64,000 nt of DNA from an uncultured delta proteobacterium. GTDB lineage: Bacteria; Desulfobacterota; Syntrophobacteria; BM002. The stretch's first letter is position 1. Each line of letters starts with the position of its first letter. Made by a program: the position numbers and the translations under genes. This document shows positions 40,763 through 50,613 of the stretch, piece after piece. The notes below the pieces were generated by a model. That model was not told the origin of the DNA and made no database searches. It worked only from the letters and a program-made list of their open reading frames with translations. The stretch covers positions 96,001 through 160,000 of the forward strand of contig CAVQGX010000020.1 of the NCBI GenBank assembly GCA_963712115.1, written 5' to 3'.

Positions 40763-41793
40763 TCTTCTGTGGTCTCCTCATCACCGTTGTCTTTTATTTT
40801 CAGCCCGTACGATTTTCTGACCTTCCGTTCAATCTTAGAGCAAATGTCGGGATGCTCCTTTAGAAAAGCCTTGACATTTTCTCGGCCCTGTCCCATGCGT
40901 TCTCCCCCATAGGAGTACCAGGCGCCGCTTTTATCAACTATGTTAAGGGCTGTGGCCATGTCCAAAACGTCTCCTTCTTTGGAGATTCCCTGACCGTACA
41001 TGATGTCGAACTCAGCCTCTTTAAAGGGAGGTGCCAACTTGTTCTTAACCACTTTAACCCGGGTTCTGCTGCCAATGACCTCTTGGCCGTCCTTAATGGC
41101 GCTAATCCGCCGGATATCCAAGCGTACGGAGGAGTAGAACTTGAGAGCATTGCCACCCGTGGTGGTCTCAGGGTTGCCGAAAAGCACCCCCAGTTTCATC
41201 CTTATCTGGTTAATAAACATCACTGTGGTCCGAGACTTACTTATGGCAGCGGTAAGTTTGCGCAATGCCTGAGACATGAGGCGAGCTTGCAGTCCCATGT
41301 GGGCGTCGCCCATTTCTCCTTCGATTTCCGCCCGAGGCACCAGGGCAGCCACTGAATCAATTACCACTACGTCAATGGCTCCGCTACGCACCAGGACCTC
41401 TGTGATCTCCAGAGCCTGTTCGCCAGTGTCGGGCTGGGAGATGAGCAGATCATCCACGTTGACCCCCAGTTTTCGGGCGTACGCAAGATCGAGGGCATGT
41501 TCTGCGTCAATAAAGGCAGCCAGTCCTCCACCTCTTTGGGCTTCGGCAAGAACTTGGAGGGCCAGGGTGGTCTTACCCGACGATTCCGGACCAAAAATCT
41601 CCACTACCCTGCCCCGGGGCACTCCGCCGAGACCCAAAGCAACATCCAAAGAGAGGGAGCCGCTTGGAATCACCGGGATATCGGCAAACGTTGCGTCGCT
41701 GCCGAGGCGCATGATGGCTCCCTTACCAAATTGTCTTTCAATCTGGCTCATGGCCAGATCGACAGCCTGTTGTTTTTCCTTTGTAGTGGACAT
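40759..41793 (-). CDS. recA: Recombinase A
   Basis: [36 protein letters not shown]. Confidence 0.98.
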   Translation of the reverse strand: MSTTKEKQQAVDLAMSQIERQFGKGAIMRLGSDATFADIPVIPSGSLSLDVALGLGGVPRGRVVEIFGPESSGKTTLALQVLAEAQRGGGLAAFIDAEHALDLAYARKLGVNVDDLLISQPDTGEQALEITEVLVRSGAIDVVVIDSVAALVPRAEIEGEMGDAHMGLQARLMSQALRKLTAAISKSRTTVMFINQIRMKLGVLFGNPETTTGGNALKFYSSVRLDIRRISAIKDGQEVIGSRTRVKVVKNKLAPPFKEAEFDIMYGQGISKEGDVLDMATALNIVDKSGAWYSYGGERMGQGRENVKAFLKEHPDICSKIERKVRKSYGLKIKDNGDEETTEE

Positions 41794-41878
41794 AGTCTTT
41801 TCCTTTTTCCCAGATTCGGGCAATAATTGTTCAGCTTTACCGGAGCCAAAAACAGTCTAGCTGCTAGTTGGATGCGGA

Positions 41879-42454
41879 TTAAGGTGGTGCCGGTGCGGCA
41901 AGAGGCATACGGTGCAGTTTCGTGTAGATCGCCCCGGTTGGCCTAAGGTCACTTTTATACAATATTATTTCATCCGCGTCAAAAGAATTGAACTCCGGTA
42001 ATTCCAGGGTTGACATAGCGTCGATCAACGCTTGAAGCCGGTGACGGTCCTTGACCCGGCCAATAGTTAGATGCGGACGGAACCCCCGCCCTTCCCGGGC
42101 AAAGCCCAATGGCTCCAGCGCCTTTTCAAGACCAGCTTGGATCTTTGCCAGTCGCTCAACCTCGCCCTGAAGTCCCACCCAGATCACCCGGGGCTTACGA
42201 TTGCTGGGAAAGCCTCCCAAACCGGCTGCACAAAGAGTGATAGGGGGCTCATCTCTAACCAACTGCGCTACAGCTGCAGCAATATCGTCCACCTGGGCAG
42301 GGAGGATATTACCCAAGAATTTAAGGGTCAGGTGAATGCCAGCCGGTTTCACCCAGCGCACACCGGCCCGGCTCTGTTTGAGTTGCTCTTGAATGGCAGC
42401 CAGCTTTTCTCTGGTCTCCTGGGGAAAATCAATTGCGATGAAGGATCGGATCAT
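41879..42454 (-). CDS. thpR: RNA 2',3'-cyclic phosphodiesterase (2H family)
   Basis: HLTLKFLG and PHLTIGR 2H motifs; R.FIAI start. Confidence 0.92.
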   Translation of the reverse strand: MIRSFIAIDFPQETREKLAAIQEQLKQSRAGVRWVKPAGIHLTLKFLGNILPAQVDDIAAAVAQLVRDEPPITLCAAGLGGFPSNRKPRVIWVGLQGEVERLAKIQAGLEKALEPLGFAREGRGFRPHLTIGRVKDRHRLQALIDAMSTLELPEFNSFDADEIILYKSDLRPTGAIYTKLHRMPLAAPAPP

Positions 42455-42716
42455 AGGGTATTTTTTCTAAGGGGATCTCCCCTTCTCAATGTCCGCTTCT
42501 ATGAAACTTTTAACCTACCACCGACAGCCAAGTCACGGTTTCAATATATCCGCAACAGCATCAACGATCTAGTGATTTTATTCAGATGGGCGTGCAGAAC
42601 TCAATGCAGTAATTTAGACTGTTAAATATTTTTTTAAGCAGACAAATCAAATAGTTACAACAATATGTTTTGGATAGTTACCCCCAAGAAATTCTGAGTA
42701 AAAGTGTGCTTATGCC

Positions 42717-42811
42717 CTAGATTCCCGCTTTCGCGGGAATGACGACAGTATGCGATCACCCGTCATCCTGGTCCCGCATCAAGTGCGGGATAGACTGCGG
42801 CGGGGATCCAG
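42717..42811. repeat. REP/REPIN-like pair (ATTCCC-N8-GGGAAT type)
   Basis: ctagattcccgctttcgcgggaatgac, then an inverted partner gtcatcc..gggatccag carrying an extra hairpin tcccgca-tcaag-tgcggga. Confidence 0.7.
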
Positions 42812-42856
42812 GTAGGTTATAGTTTCAAGGACCAGAGGGCAAAGAAGTGGTAGGAT

Positions 42857-44630
42857 CTAGTTGGATTTACCTGCTTCTTGGAGAGCAAGTTCTAAATTAG
42901 AACGTGCTTGTGCATAGCTTGGCTTTAACCGCACGGCTTCACGAAAATGGACAATAGCCTCATCTAGCTTACCTTGGCGCGCCAGGGCAACTCCCAGGCT
43001 GTTATACCCCTCGGCAAAGTCCGGCCTGATCTGCAGTGCCGTAGCGAAATGAATTCTTGCCTCTTCGATCTTTCCCTGCCGTAGTAGAGCATTTCCTAGG
43101 TTGAAGTGCGTCTCTGAAAGGTTGGGATCTCTGTGCAAGGACTCGTAAAAATGGTCTATTGCTTTTTCAAGCTTTCCTTGCTGCTGCAAAATGTTTCCAA
43201 GGTTATTATGTGCCACTGCAGATCTAGGGTTGAGTTGGAGCGCCCTAGAGAAATGTTTTTCAGCCTCCTCGATATTTCCCTGCTCGGCGAGTGCTTCACC
43301 GAGATTGATATGAGCTAGATAATTGTTGGCATTCACTTCAACTGCCTTTTTGAAGAGTGTAATATTGTTGCGCCAGCTAGCTACTTGCAAATGTGTACAT
43401 ATCATCAATGCGGCAATAACTATCCCTGCGGCTGTAGCAGAGACAAAATATTGAAAGCGTAACTTGATCAGAAGGTTTGGCACACCCCAGGCAATGATGA
43501 TGAAAAGGCCGATCAACGGTATGTAGGTAAAACGGTCGGCCATTGCCTGCATTCCCACCTGCACTAGCCCTATGACCGGTATAAGAGTTCCCAAGTACCA
43601 TAGCCATCCCACCGGAAGATATGGATGCCGCCGCCCTGCCCGGATCACCCAAAAAGTTACAAAGAATAAGAGTAAACCGGACGCGAAAGCTTGCCATACT
43701 GGGAGGTTAAGGCCAGGGTGTGGATAAAAGGCGGACAAACGATGAGGCCACATCATCTTAACCATGTAGCGGACATAGGAAATGAATGCGTTAGCGACAC
43801 GTATATGCATTGGCAGACTGTCCAATGGGAGCCCACCTCCTGCGGATTGCTGCGAGAATAAAGCCACTACACTAAAAGCGGCCGCGAGGGCAAAGAAAGG
43901 AAGTTTTTCCCAAACAAGGCGAAGGGACTGTGACTTCGCTTTCACGAAATCGATAGACGCCTGTGAAACGTGGCCATGGTCGCCACCCAGCTGTTTAAGC
44001 TGAATGCGTCCCAGAGGCCAGTAGTCCAAGCAGGAGAAGCACAAAGGGTAGAGTTACCAACATGGGCTTGGCCATGAGGCCCACGGCGAAAGCGAATAAT
44101 CCGAGCAGGTACCAGGTGAGTCCTGCGATGGGTAGTAAAATGACCGTAACCCCAAATTGTCAACATCCAAAAAAATGTGCTTAAAACATCTTTACGTTCA
44201 GTCACCCAGGCAACCGACTCAACATGCAATGGATGCAGGGCAAATAGAGCGGCAACAAAAGCGCTCTGCCACCGAGCCGCCGGTCGTCCTCCTAAGAATC
44301 AAAAAAAGCAACAGCGTATTGGCAATGTGAAATAGTAAGTTTGTCAGATGATAGCCACCCTGATTCAAACCGTAGAGTTCAAAGTCCAGCATAAATGATA
44401 GCCATGTCAGTGGGATCCAGAAGCCCAGCAGTGGAAGCTGGTAAAGGCCCAGACGAACGCTTTCGCGGCTCAGACCGTCCTGAACATGTGGAATTCTCAG
44501 TTACATAGAGCGGATCATCAAGATTGACAAAATTGTGATGCCGCACCTGCCAAAAGACAGCAAGCGTAGCTGTGATCAGGAGTACACAGACGAGATAGTC
44601 AAGGTTGAGAGGGAAAGATTTTTTCTCCAT
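42857..44630 (-). pseudogene. TMTC-like GT-C/TPR glycosyltransferase (paralog 5), several indels between ~44040 and 44480 (decay or assembly error)
   Basis: Fragments: FVNLDD (44379-44648), HVESVAWVTERKD (43942-44229), DYWPL..MADRFTYIP..TPRs (42857-44044). Confidence 0.7.
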
Positions 44631-44644
44631 GACATTACTGCTTT

Positions 44645-46510
44645 TCAATTACCTGTGGAATTGCCCGTCTCCTGCAAGCGCAAATTGCAGGTTAGCACGA
44701 GCCTGCAGGTATAGTCGGGCTTGAGACGGACGGCCTCACTAAAATGGGCAATGGCCTCATTTAGCCTACCTTGACGCGCCAGGGCGACCCCGAGGTTGTT
44801 GTGAGCTTCGGGGTAGTCGGCTCTGATCTTTAGAGCCTTGGAATAGTGGACTTCAGCTTCAACCAGCTTTTCTTGCTGGGCCAAGGCATTTCCCAGATTA
44901 TTGTGGGCCTCTGCGTAATCGGGTGCAAGTTGAATCGCAGCAAAGTAGTTGCTAATGGCGCCAGGTATATCTCCCCGTCTGAATAGTGCTACACCAAGAT
45001 TGTTGTGTAACTCTGAAGAGTTGGGCTTAAGCTGTAGCGCCACAGAATAATGCTTTATCGCCTCTTCTAATCTTCCTTGCTCGGCCAAAACAACTCCAAG
45101 GTTTATGTGTGCCTCGGCATAGTTCGGGCTGATCTCAAGTGCTTCAGTGTAGTGCGAAATAGCCTCTTGAAGTTTTCCTTTCTGAGTCAAAACATTTCCC
45201 AGGTTATTGTGTATTTGGCTGTTGTTGCTGGTTGCCCGGAGGGTATGGTCAAAGAGGGTAAGACTATTTTTCCAGTGGCTTACCTGCAAAGAAGAACACA
45301 CCATCAAGGCTGAGAGCAGTGAGGTTGCTGCCAGGGTAAGAGCAGGTTTGCCATAGCGCCAACTTCCCAGCAAATCTGGTACACCCCAGGCTATCATGAT
45401 AAAAAGGCCGAGCAAGGGTACATAAGTATAGCGATCAGCCATGGCCTGTGCTCCCACCTGCACCAGCCCAATTACCGGCACCAGAGTTCCAACATACCAA
45501 AGCCAACCCACTGGAAGATATGGATAGCGCCGCCCTGCTCGGATAACCGCAATGGATATAACCAGCAATAGCAAGCCGGCTAAGGCAGCCTGCCACATGG
45601 GTAAGCTTTGCCCCGGATGAGGGTAGAAGACCGCCAGATTCTGCGGCCAGATCATCTTGATTATATAAAGGAGATAGGAAAGCAGAGCATTAGCGATGCG
45701 AATATTGAAGGGATAAATTTCCAAACCCCCCACGGCTCCCCCACTTCTTTGGACGAGAAAGGTTACCAAGCTAGAGACAGCCGCAAGAACAAACAAGGGA
45801 GTTTTTTCCAAGAGCAGACTAGAAGCTTGTGCCCTCAGGTTCTTGGTAATTATGGATGGGTGGTTTTGCGCAGCGTGACTAATACCAGATTGGCCAAGTT
45901 GAATGCGCTCGAGAGGCCAGTAGTCTAGTAAAAGCAGTACAAATGGCAGAGTCACCAGCATGGGCTTGGCCATAAGGCCCAAGGCAAAAGAGAGAATTAT
46001 TAACAGGTAACGATAGAATCCAGGGAGCTCAACATACCAGATGTAGCTCAAAAGGGTCAGAAACAAGAAAAAGGTGCTTAATACATCCTTGCGCTCAGCC
46101 ACCCAGGCGACCGATTCCACATGCAGGGGGTGAAGGGCAAAGAGTGCCGCGACAAAACCGCTTCTCCACAGAGTCCCGGTCATCCGTTTCAGGAGGAGAA
46201 ACAATAATAAACTGTTTACCAAGTGAAAAAGTACGCTGGTTAGATGATGCCCTTTGGGGTTTAGACCAAAGAGTTCACAGTCCAGCATATGTGACAACCA
46301 AGTCAACGGATGCCAGTTGGCCGCATGAGTGGAAGTGAAGGCCCAAGTGATGTTGTCCCAACTCAGACCGGTGTGCACATGTATATTGTCTGTTATGTAT
46401 TCACCGTCGTCGAGATGGATAAAAGCATGATTTCGCACCTGCCAGAAGGTGGCAATAACGGCTAAGCTTAAAAGCAAAATAATGAAAATATTTTTCCCCG
46501 TTGAATGCAG
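44645..46510 (-). CDS. TMTC-like GT-C/TPR glycosyltransferase (paralog 6); start uncertain (CTG 46510 after AGGA)
   Basis: FIHLDD, NWHPLTWLSH, HPLHVESVAWVAERKD, MADRYTYVP, TPR array. Confidence 0.85.
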   Translation of the reverse strand: MHSTGKNIFIILLLSLAVIATFWQVRNHAFIHLDDGEYITDNIHVHTGLSWDNITWAFTSTHAANWHPLTWLSHMLDCELFGLNPKGHHLTSVLFHLVNSLLLFLLLKRMTGTLWRSGFVAALFALHPLHVESVAWVAERKDVLSTFFLFLTLLSYIWYVELPGFYRYLLIILSFALGLMAKPMLVTLPFVLLLLDYWPLERIQLGQSGISHAAQNHPSIITKNLRAQASSLLLEKTPLFVLAAVSSLVTFLVQRSGGAVGGLEIYPFNIRIANALLSYLLYIIKMIWPQNLAVFYPHPGQSLPMWQAALAGLLLLVISIAVIRAGRRYPYLPVGWLWYVGTLVPVIGLVQVGAQAMADRYTYVPLLGLFIMIAWGVPDLLGSWRYGKPALTLAATSLLSALMVCSSLQVSHWKNSLTLFDHTLRATSNNSQIHNNLGNVLTQKGKLQEAISHYTEALEISPNYAEAHINLGVVLAEQGRLEEAIKHYSVALQLKPNSSELHNNLGVALFRRGDIPGAISNYFAAIQLAPDYAEAHNNLGNALAQQEKLVEAEVHYSKALKIRADYPEAHNNLGVALARQGRLNEAIAHFSEAVRLKPDYTCRLVLTCNLRLQETGNSTGN

Positions 46511-46512
46511 GT

Positions 46513-47268
46513 CTAGTCCTTCTCCGCTGGAAACAGCTTTGTTTGGATGAGTTTCATCTTGGCCAATCGAAAAGACAGCGCGGTTAAAAGGCAACCGAAG
46601 CCGTATTTGACGCTCCGTAGGAAGTTAATGGATGAGGCTTCGGCAAAATACTTGGTTGGACAAGTGACTTCGGCTATGGTGTGACCAAACCAGATAATCT
46701 GCGCCAACATTTGATTATCAAAAACAAAATCGTCCGAGTTTAACTCGAGTGGGAGTTGTTCCAAGAGTTCCCGAGAAAATGCCCTGTAGCCCGTGTGGTA
46801 CTCAGATAGTTTGGCGCCCATCAAAATGTTCTCCACAAGTGTGAGAAACCGATTCGCTAGGTATTTCCAAATTGGCATGCCACCTCTTAAAGCATATCCG
46901 CCGAGAATTCTTGAACCCAACACGCAGGGGTACAGATTATTACCAATTATGGAAACCATCGCGGGGATAAGCTTTGGAGTGTATTGATAGTCCGGGTGGA
47001 CCATGATGATAATATCACCACCCTGATCCAGGGCCAGTTTGTAGCATGTCTTCTGGTTGGCTCCGTAGCCTAGATTTTGTGGATGAACATGGATTATGGT
47101 ATTGGCGAGGTTCTTCGCGACAGCTACGGTTTCGTCTTTACTGCCGTCGTCCACCACAATCACCAGATCAACAACGTCCTGTTCCATCACCTCATCGTAG
47201 GTCTTCTGCAGGGTTTGGGCAGCGTTGTAGGCTGGCATTACCACGATAACTTTTTTGTTTTTAAACAT
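46513..47268 (-). CDS. DPM1-like GT2 (polyprenol-phosphate sugar synthase-like)
   Basis: VMPAYNA, VDDGS, GYGANQK, HPDYQY, GSR, EYHTGYRAF. Confidence 0.85.
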   Translation of the reverse strand: MFKNKKVIVVMPAYNAAQTLQKTYDEVMEQDVVDLVIVVDDGSKDETVAVAKNLANTIIHVHPQNLGYGANQKTCYKLALDQGGDIIIMVHPDYQYTPKLIPAMVSIIGNNLYPCVLGSRILGGYALRGGMPIWKYLANRFLTLVENILMGAKLSEYHTGYRAFSRELLEQLPLELNSDDFVFDNQMLAQIIWFGHTIAEVTCPTKYFAEASSINFLRSVKYGFGCLLTALSFRLAKMKLIQTKLFPAEKD

Positions 47269-47568
47269 CTCTTTTCCTCGAAACCAGTAAAACGAGCAAA
47301 ATCAATGCCACCTAACCGCCAAAGTGCAAGGTGTCCCGTCAGCCTCGGCAGGAGAAGCAAGCTTCTTTAGTACTTGAGGTCAGGGTTAAGCCTTGCTTCA
47401 CTCTCATAGGGAGGAGGAGAAACCATATAGTTGATGCTTGATTTCCAAAGGCGAGTGTACCATACTTTCGTCAATGCTGTGGGATCCACTATAAGACATT
47501 TAGGCATGCAGTGAACATTCTCCGATTCTGGTATTATTCAGTACACCATGACTTATTTTTGCTTCTAA

Positions 47569-47584
47569 TGGCACATCAATTGCT
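47569..47584 (+). promoter_or_regulatory. Sigma54 promoter of the rfb operon
   Basis: TGGCACATCAATTGCT, 109 bp before the rfbB ATG. Confidence 0.8.
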
Positions 47585-47692
47585 TGAGAAGAAAATTTAT
47601 AACCTAATAGCGTTATCCGGCGGGCTATGCAAGTTCGTTGATTGCTAATTTATAGAAAACATTCAAGCAAAAAAATCTAATCAAGCAACATT

Positions 47693-48769
47693 ATGCGCTC
47701 GAAGACCATACTGGTTACCGGCGGTGCCGGATTTATTGGAACAAACTTCATCCGCCACATCCTTGCGACGCGGCCAGACTACCGTATTGTCAATCTGGAT
47801 GCCCTGACCTACGCGGGCAACCTCGCCAATTTTCAAGACTTCTCCACTAGCCTAGCGAATAGGCATCGTTTCATCCATGGAGATATAAGGGACAAAAGCC
47901 TCCTCGCTCGCCTCTTCGCCGAGGAGAGCTTGGACATGGTGGTGCACTTCGCGGCGGAATCCCATGTGGATCGATCAATCCTAGGACCTGAGGCTTTTTT
48001 GCAGACAAACGTGGAGGGAACCTTTCGCCTCATCGAGGCGAGCCTCAAAGTTTGGGAGAAAAAAGGCAGGCCGGAAAGTTTTCGTTTTTTGCATATATCT
48101 ACAGATGAGGTTTACGGAAGCCTGGGGCCGGAGGGATATTTCACCGAGAGCACACCCTATGATCCTTCCAGTCCCTATTCGGCCTCCAAGGCTGCCTCGG
48201 ACCACTTTGTCAGGGCCTATTTTCGCACTTACGGCCTTCCCACCATAATCACTAATTGCTCCAATAACTTCGGCCCTTATCAGTTTCCTGAAAAGCTAAT
48301 TCCCCTGATGATTTTGAACATCATGGAAGAAAAGGTTCTGCCGGTCTACGGAGACGGCAAGCATGTCCGAGACTGGCTTTATGTCATAGACCACTGTGAT
48401 GGGCTTGTAAGGGTTCTCGAAGAGGGACGGCCAGGGGAAACTTACAACATAGGGGGAGGAGCCGAGCGACAAAACATTGATGTTGTCCACTTGCTCTGTC
48501 ATCTTCTCGATGTCCGGCTGGACAGATCCGGCCGGAAAGCCAGCCGGAACCTCATCCAGTTTGTCACTGACCGACCTGGACACGACCGGCGCTACGCTAT
48601 TGACGCTAATAAAATCAGGGGTGAGCTGGGGTGGAGCCCCGCCCATAAATTTGAGGAGGCGCTTGAGGCTACGGTGGATTGGTATTTGGCCAATATGGAC
48701 TGGGTGGAGATGGTTCGCAGTGGGGAATACCGCAAGTGGATTGAGATCAACTATGACAAACGGGGATGA
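47693..48769 (+). CDS. rfbB: dTDP-glucose 4,6-dehydratase
   Basis: TGGAGFIG, AAESHVDRSI, STDEVYG, YSASK, DRPGHDRRY. Confidence 0.96.
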   Translation: MRSKTILVTGGAGFIGTNFIRHILATRPDYRIVNLDALTYAGNLANFQDFSTSLANRHRFIHGDIRDKSLLARLFAEESLDMVVHFAAESHVDRSILGPEAFLQTNVEGTFRLIEASLKVWEKKGRPESFRFLHISTDEVYGSLGPEGYFTESTPYDPSSPYSASKAASDHFVRAYFRTYGLPTIITNCSNNFGPYQFPEKLIPLMILNIMEEKVLPVYGDGKHVRDWLYVIDHCDGLVRVLEEGRPGETYNIGGGAERQNIDVVHLLCHLLDVRLDRSGRKASRNLIQFVTDRPGHDRRYAIDANKIRGELGWSPAHKFEEALEATVDWYLANMDWVEMVRSGEYRKWIEINYDKRG

Positions 48770-48823
48770 TTTTCTGCGGAGCTGGGTTGAAGCAAAGAGA
48801 GCACAAGGCAGAGTGGCTGCTAT

Positions 48824-48984
48824 CAAATTCGAAATCCTAAATCCGAAGCAAGAAACAAATCCAAATTTCGAATTCTCCAATGTTCAAAACAGAATCGACT
48901 AAATCTATGAATTGCATGTTTTGGTCATTTGGATTTTGAAAATTTGAATTTGTTTGGGATTTCGATATTCGGATTTCGGATTTG
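48824..48984. repeat. Long heptamer-unit inverted repeat, inverted copy of the 1175-1372 element
   Basis: gttttggtcatttggattttgaaaatttgaatttgttt is the reverse complement of the 1175 left arm. Confidence 0.85.
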
Positions 48985-49034
48985 TTCGATACTGTCTTCC
49001 TTTCACTCAAATACTTCTGGAGAGAGAAGAGACA

Positions 49035-49916
49035 ATGAAGGGTATCATACTGGCTGGTGGTTCAGGAACTCGACTTTATCCCATTACCAGGGTGGTGAGC
49101 AAGCAACTCCTGCCGGTATATGACAAGCCCATGGTGTACTACCCCCTCTCGGTCCTCATGTTGGCAAAAATCCGTGAGATCCTGATAATTTCCACTCCAC
49201 AAGACTTGCCCCTTTTCCGAGAGCTTTTAGGAGATGGGTCGCAATGGGGCCTTTCATTTGCATATGCTGAACAGCCACGGCCTGAAGGGATCGCCCAGGC
49301 GTTTATCATAGGCCGCGATTTTGTGGGCAGTGACAGGGTTTGCCTCATACTTGGGGACAATATTTTCTATGGGCACGGTCTCCCAGACAAATTGCGCAAT
49401 GCAGTATCTCAGGAGAAAAGGGCAACCATTTTCGGCTACTGGGTCAAGAACCCGCAGCGTTACGGCGTTGTTACCTTCGATGCACAAGGCCGGGCCATGG
49501 ATATTGTGGAAAAACCGCAGGAACCCAAGTCTAATTGGGCGGTTACTGGGCTCTACTTCTACGACAACCGGGTTTTGGATATAGCTGCCGAGCTCAAACC
49601 TTCGGCCCGTGGCGAGCTGGAGATTACCGATGTAAACTCAGCCTACCTCAGAATGAAAGCGCTGCGGGTGGAGAAACTGGGCCGAGGAATCGCCTGGCTG
49701 GATACCGGCACACCTGAGACTCTCATGCAGGCAGCCAATTTCATCGAAACTATAGAGGAGAGGCAGGGCTTGAAGATTGCCTGCGTTGAAGAGATTGCCT
49801 ATCGTATGGGTTATATAAGCAAAGACCAATTGGAGAAACTTGCCCGGCCGCTCATCAAAAATGGTTATGGTCAGTATCTTATGGCTATACTACGGTATGA
49901 AGAATTCTTACCTTAA
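49035..49916 (+). CDS. rfbA: Glucose-1-phosphate thymidylyltransferase
   Basis: [40 protein letters not shown]. Confidence 0.97.
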   Translation: MKGIILAGGSGTRLYPITRVVSKQLLPVYDKPMVYYPLSVLMLAKIREILIISTPQDLPLFRELLGDGSQWGLSFAYAEQPRPEGIAQAFIIGRDFVGSDRVCLILGDNIFYGHGLPDKLRNAVSQEKRATIFGYWVKNPQRYGVVTFDAQGRAMDIVEKPQEPKSNWAVTGLYFYDNRVLDIAAELKPSARGELEITDVNSAYLRMKALRVEKLGRGIAWLDTGTPETLMQAANFIETIEERQGLKIACVEEIAYRMGYISKDQLEKLARPLIKNGYGQYLMAILRYEEFLP

Positions 49917-49963
49917 CCCGGATATTTCATGAATTCACGGCCTGGCGTGACTGCGACCACGGA
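49914..49963. mobile_element. Truncated end of the 2274-2468 MITE family
   Basis: taacccggatatttcatgaat..actgcgaccacgga matches tagtccggatctttcatgaat..actgtgaccacgga. Confidence 0.6.
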
Positions 49964-50049
49964 GTCAAAGCTATCAGCACTCAGAAGCTAGCGGTCAGCA
50001 AAAACAATAGCAAAACAATTTCTTTCCCTTTAAAGAAGAGCCGTTTAAA

Positions 50050-50613
50050 TTGAAAGTGTTACCCACCGAATTGGATGGAGTCTATATTGTTGAGCCGCAG
50101 GTTTTCTATGACGATCGTGGCTTTTTCTTGGAGACCTACCACCAAAGAAGATACGCTGAGACTGGAATCAACTGCAATTTCGTTCAGGACAACCTCTCGC
50201 GTTCGGTGCGTGGTACGCTCAGGGGCCTCCACTATCAACTGGAGTGCGCACAGGCAAAATTAATTCAGGTAATTAAAGGTGTTGTTTTTGACTTGGTGGT
50301 GGACATCCGCCGCGGTTCTCCTAGTTTTGGACAGTGGGTTGGAGTCAATCTCTCAGAGGAAAACAAGCGCCAGTTATTTGTGCCGGAAGGATTTGCCCAC
50401 GGCTTTTGCGTACTTAGCGAAGCGGCAGACGTTGTCTACAAGTGCACCGATTTTTATGCCCCTGAGGATGAGGGAGGTATTCTCTGGTCCGACCCGGATC
50501 TCGCCATCGATTGGCCCATTTCAGAACCACTGATTTCGGCCAAGGACAGTCGGCTTCCTCGCCTGGCCGATGTTCCCCCCGAGCGATTGCCCCTTTACAA
50601 GGAAAGTAGATGA
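50050..50613 (+). CDS. rfbC: dTDP-4-dehydrorhamnose 3,5-epimerase
   Basis: D.RGFF, VQDN.S.S..G.LRGLHYQ, GFAHGF. Confidence 0.95.
   Translation: MKVLPTELDGVYIVEPQVFYDDRGFFLETYHQRRYAETGINCNFVQDNLSRSVRGTLRGLHYQLECAQAKLIQVIKGVVFDLVVDIRRGSPSFGQWVGVNLSEENKRQLFVPEGFAHGFCVLSEAADVVYKCTDFYAPEDEGGILWSDPDLAIDWPISEPLISAKDSRLPRLADVPPERLPLYKESR

Noticed and set aside
41276-41860. Long antisense ORFs over recA (also over alaS, plsB, fdh, pgpA, thpR)
   Set aside because: Shadow ORFs of conserved genes on the opposite strand
47306-47324. Sixth sigma54-like site (TTGGCGGTTAGGTGGCA, minus strand) before the GT2 at 47268
   Set aside because: GG-N10-GC spacing holds but both flanks deviate from consensus; too weak
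48296-49123. ORFs spanning the rfbB-rfbA gap, and the 27-aa N-terminal extension of rfbA
   Set aside because: Derived from the inverted repeat; the true start is ATG 49035
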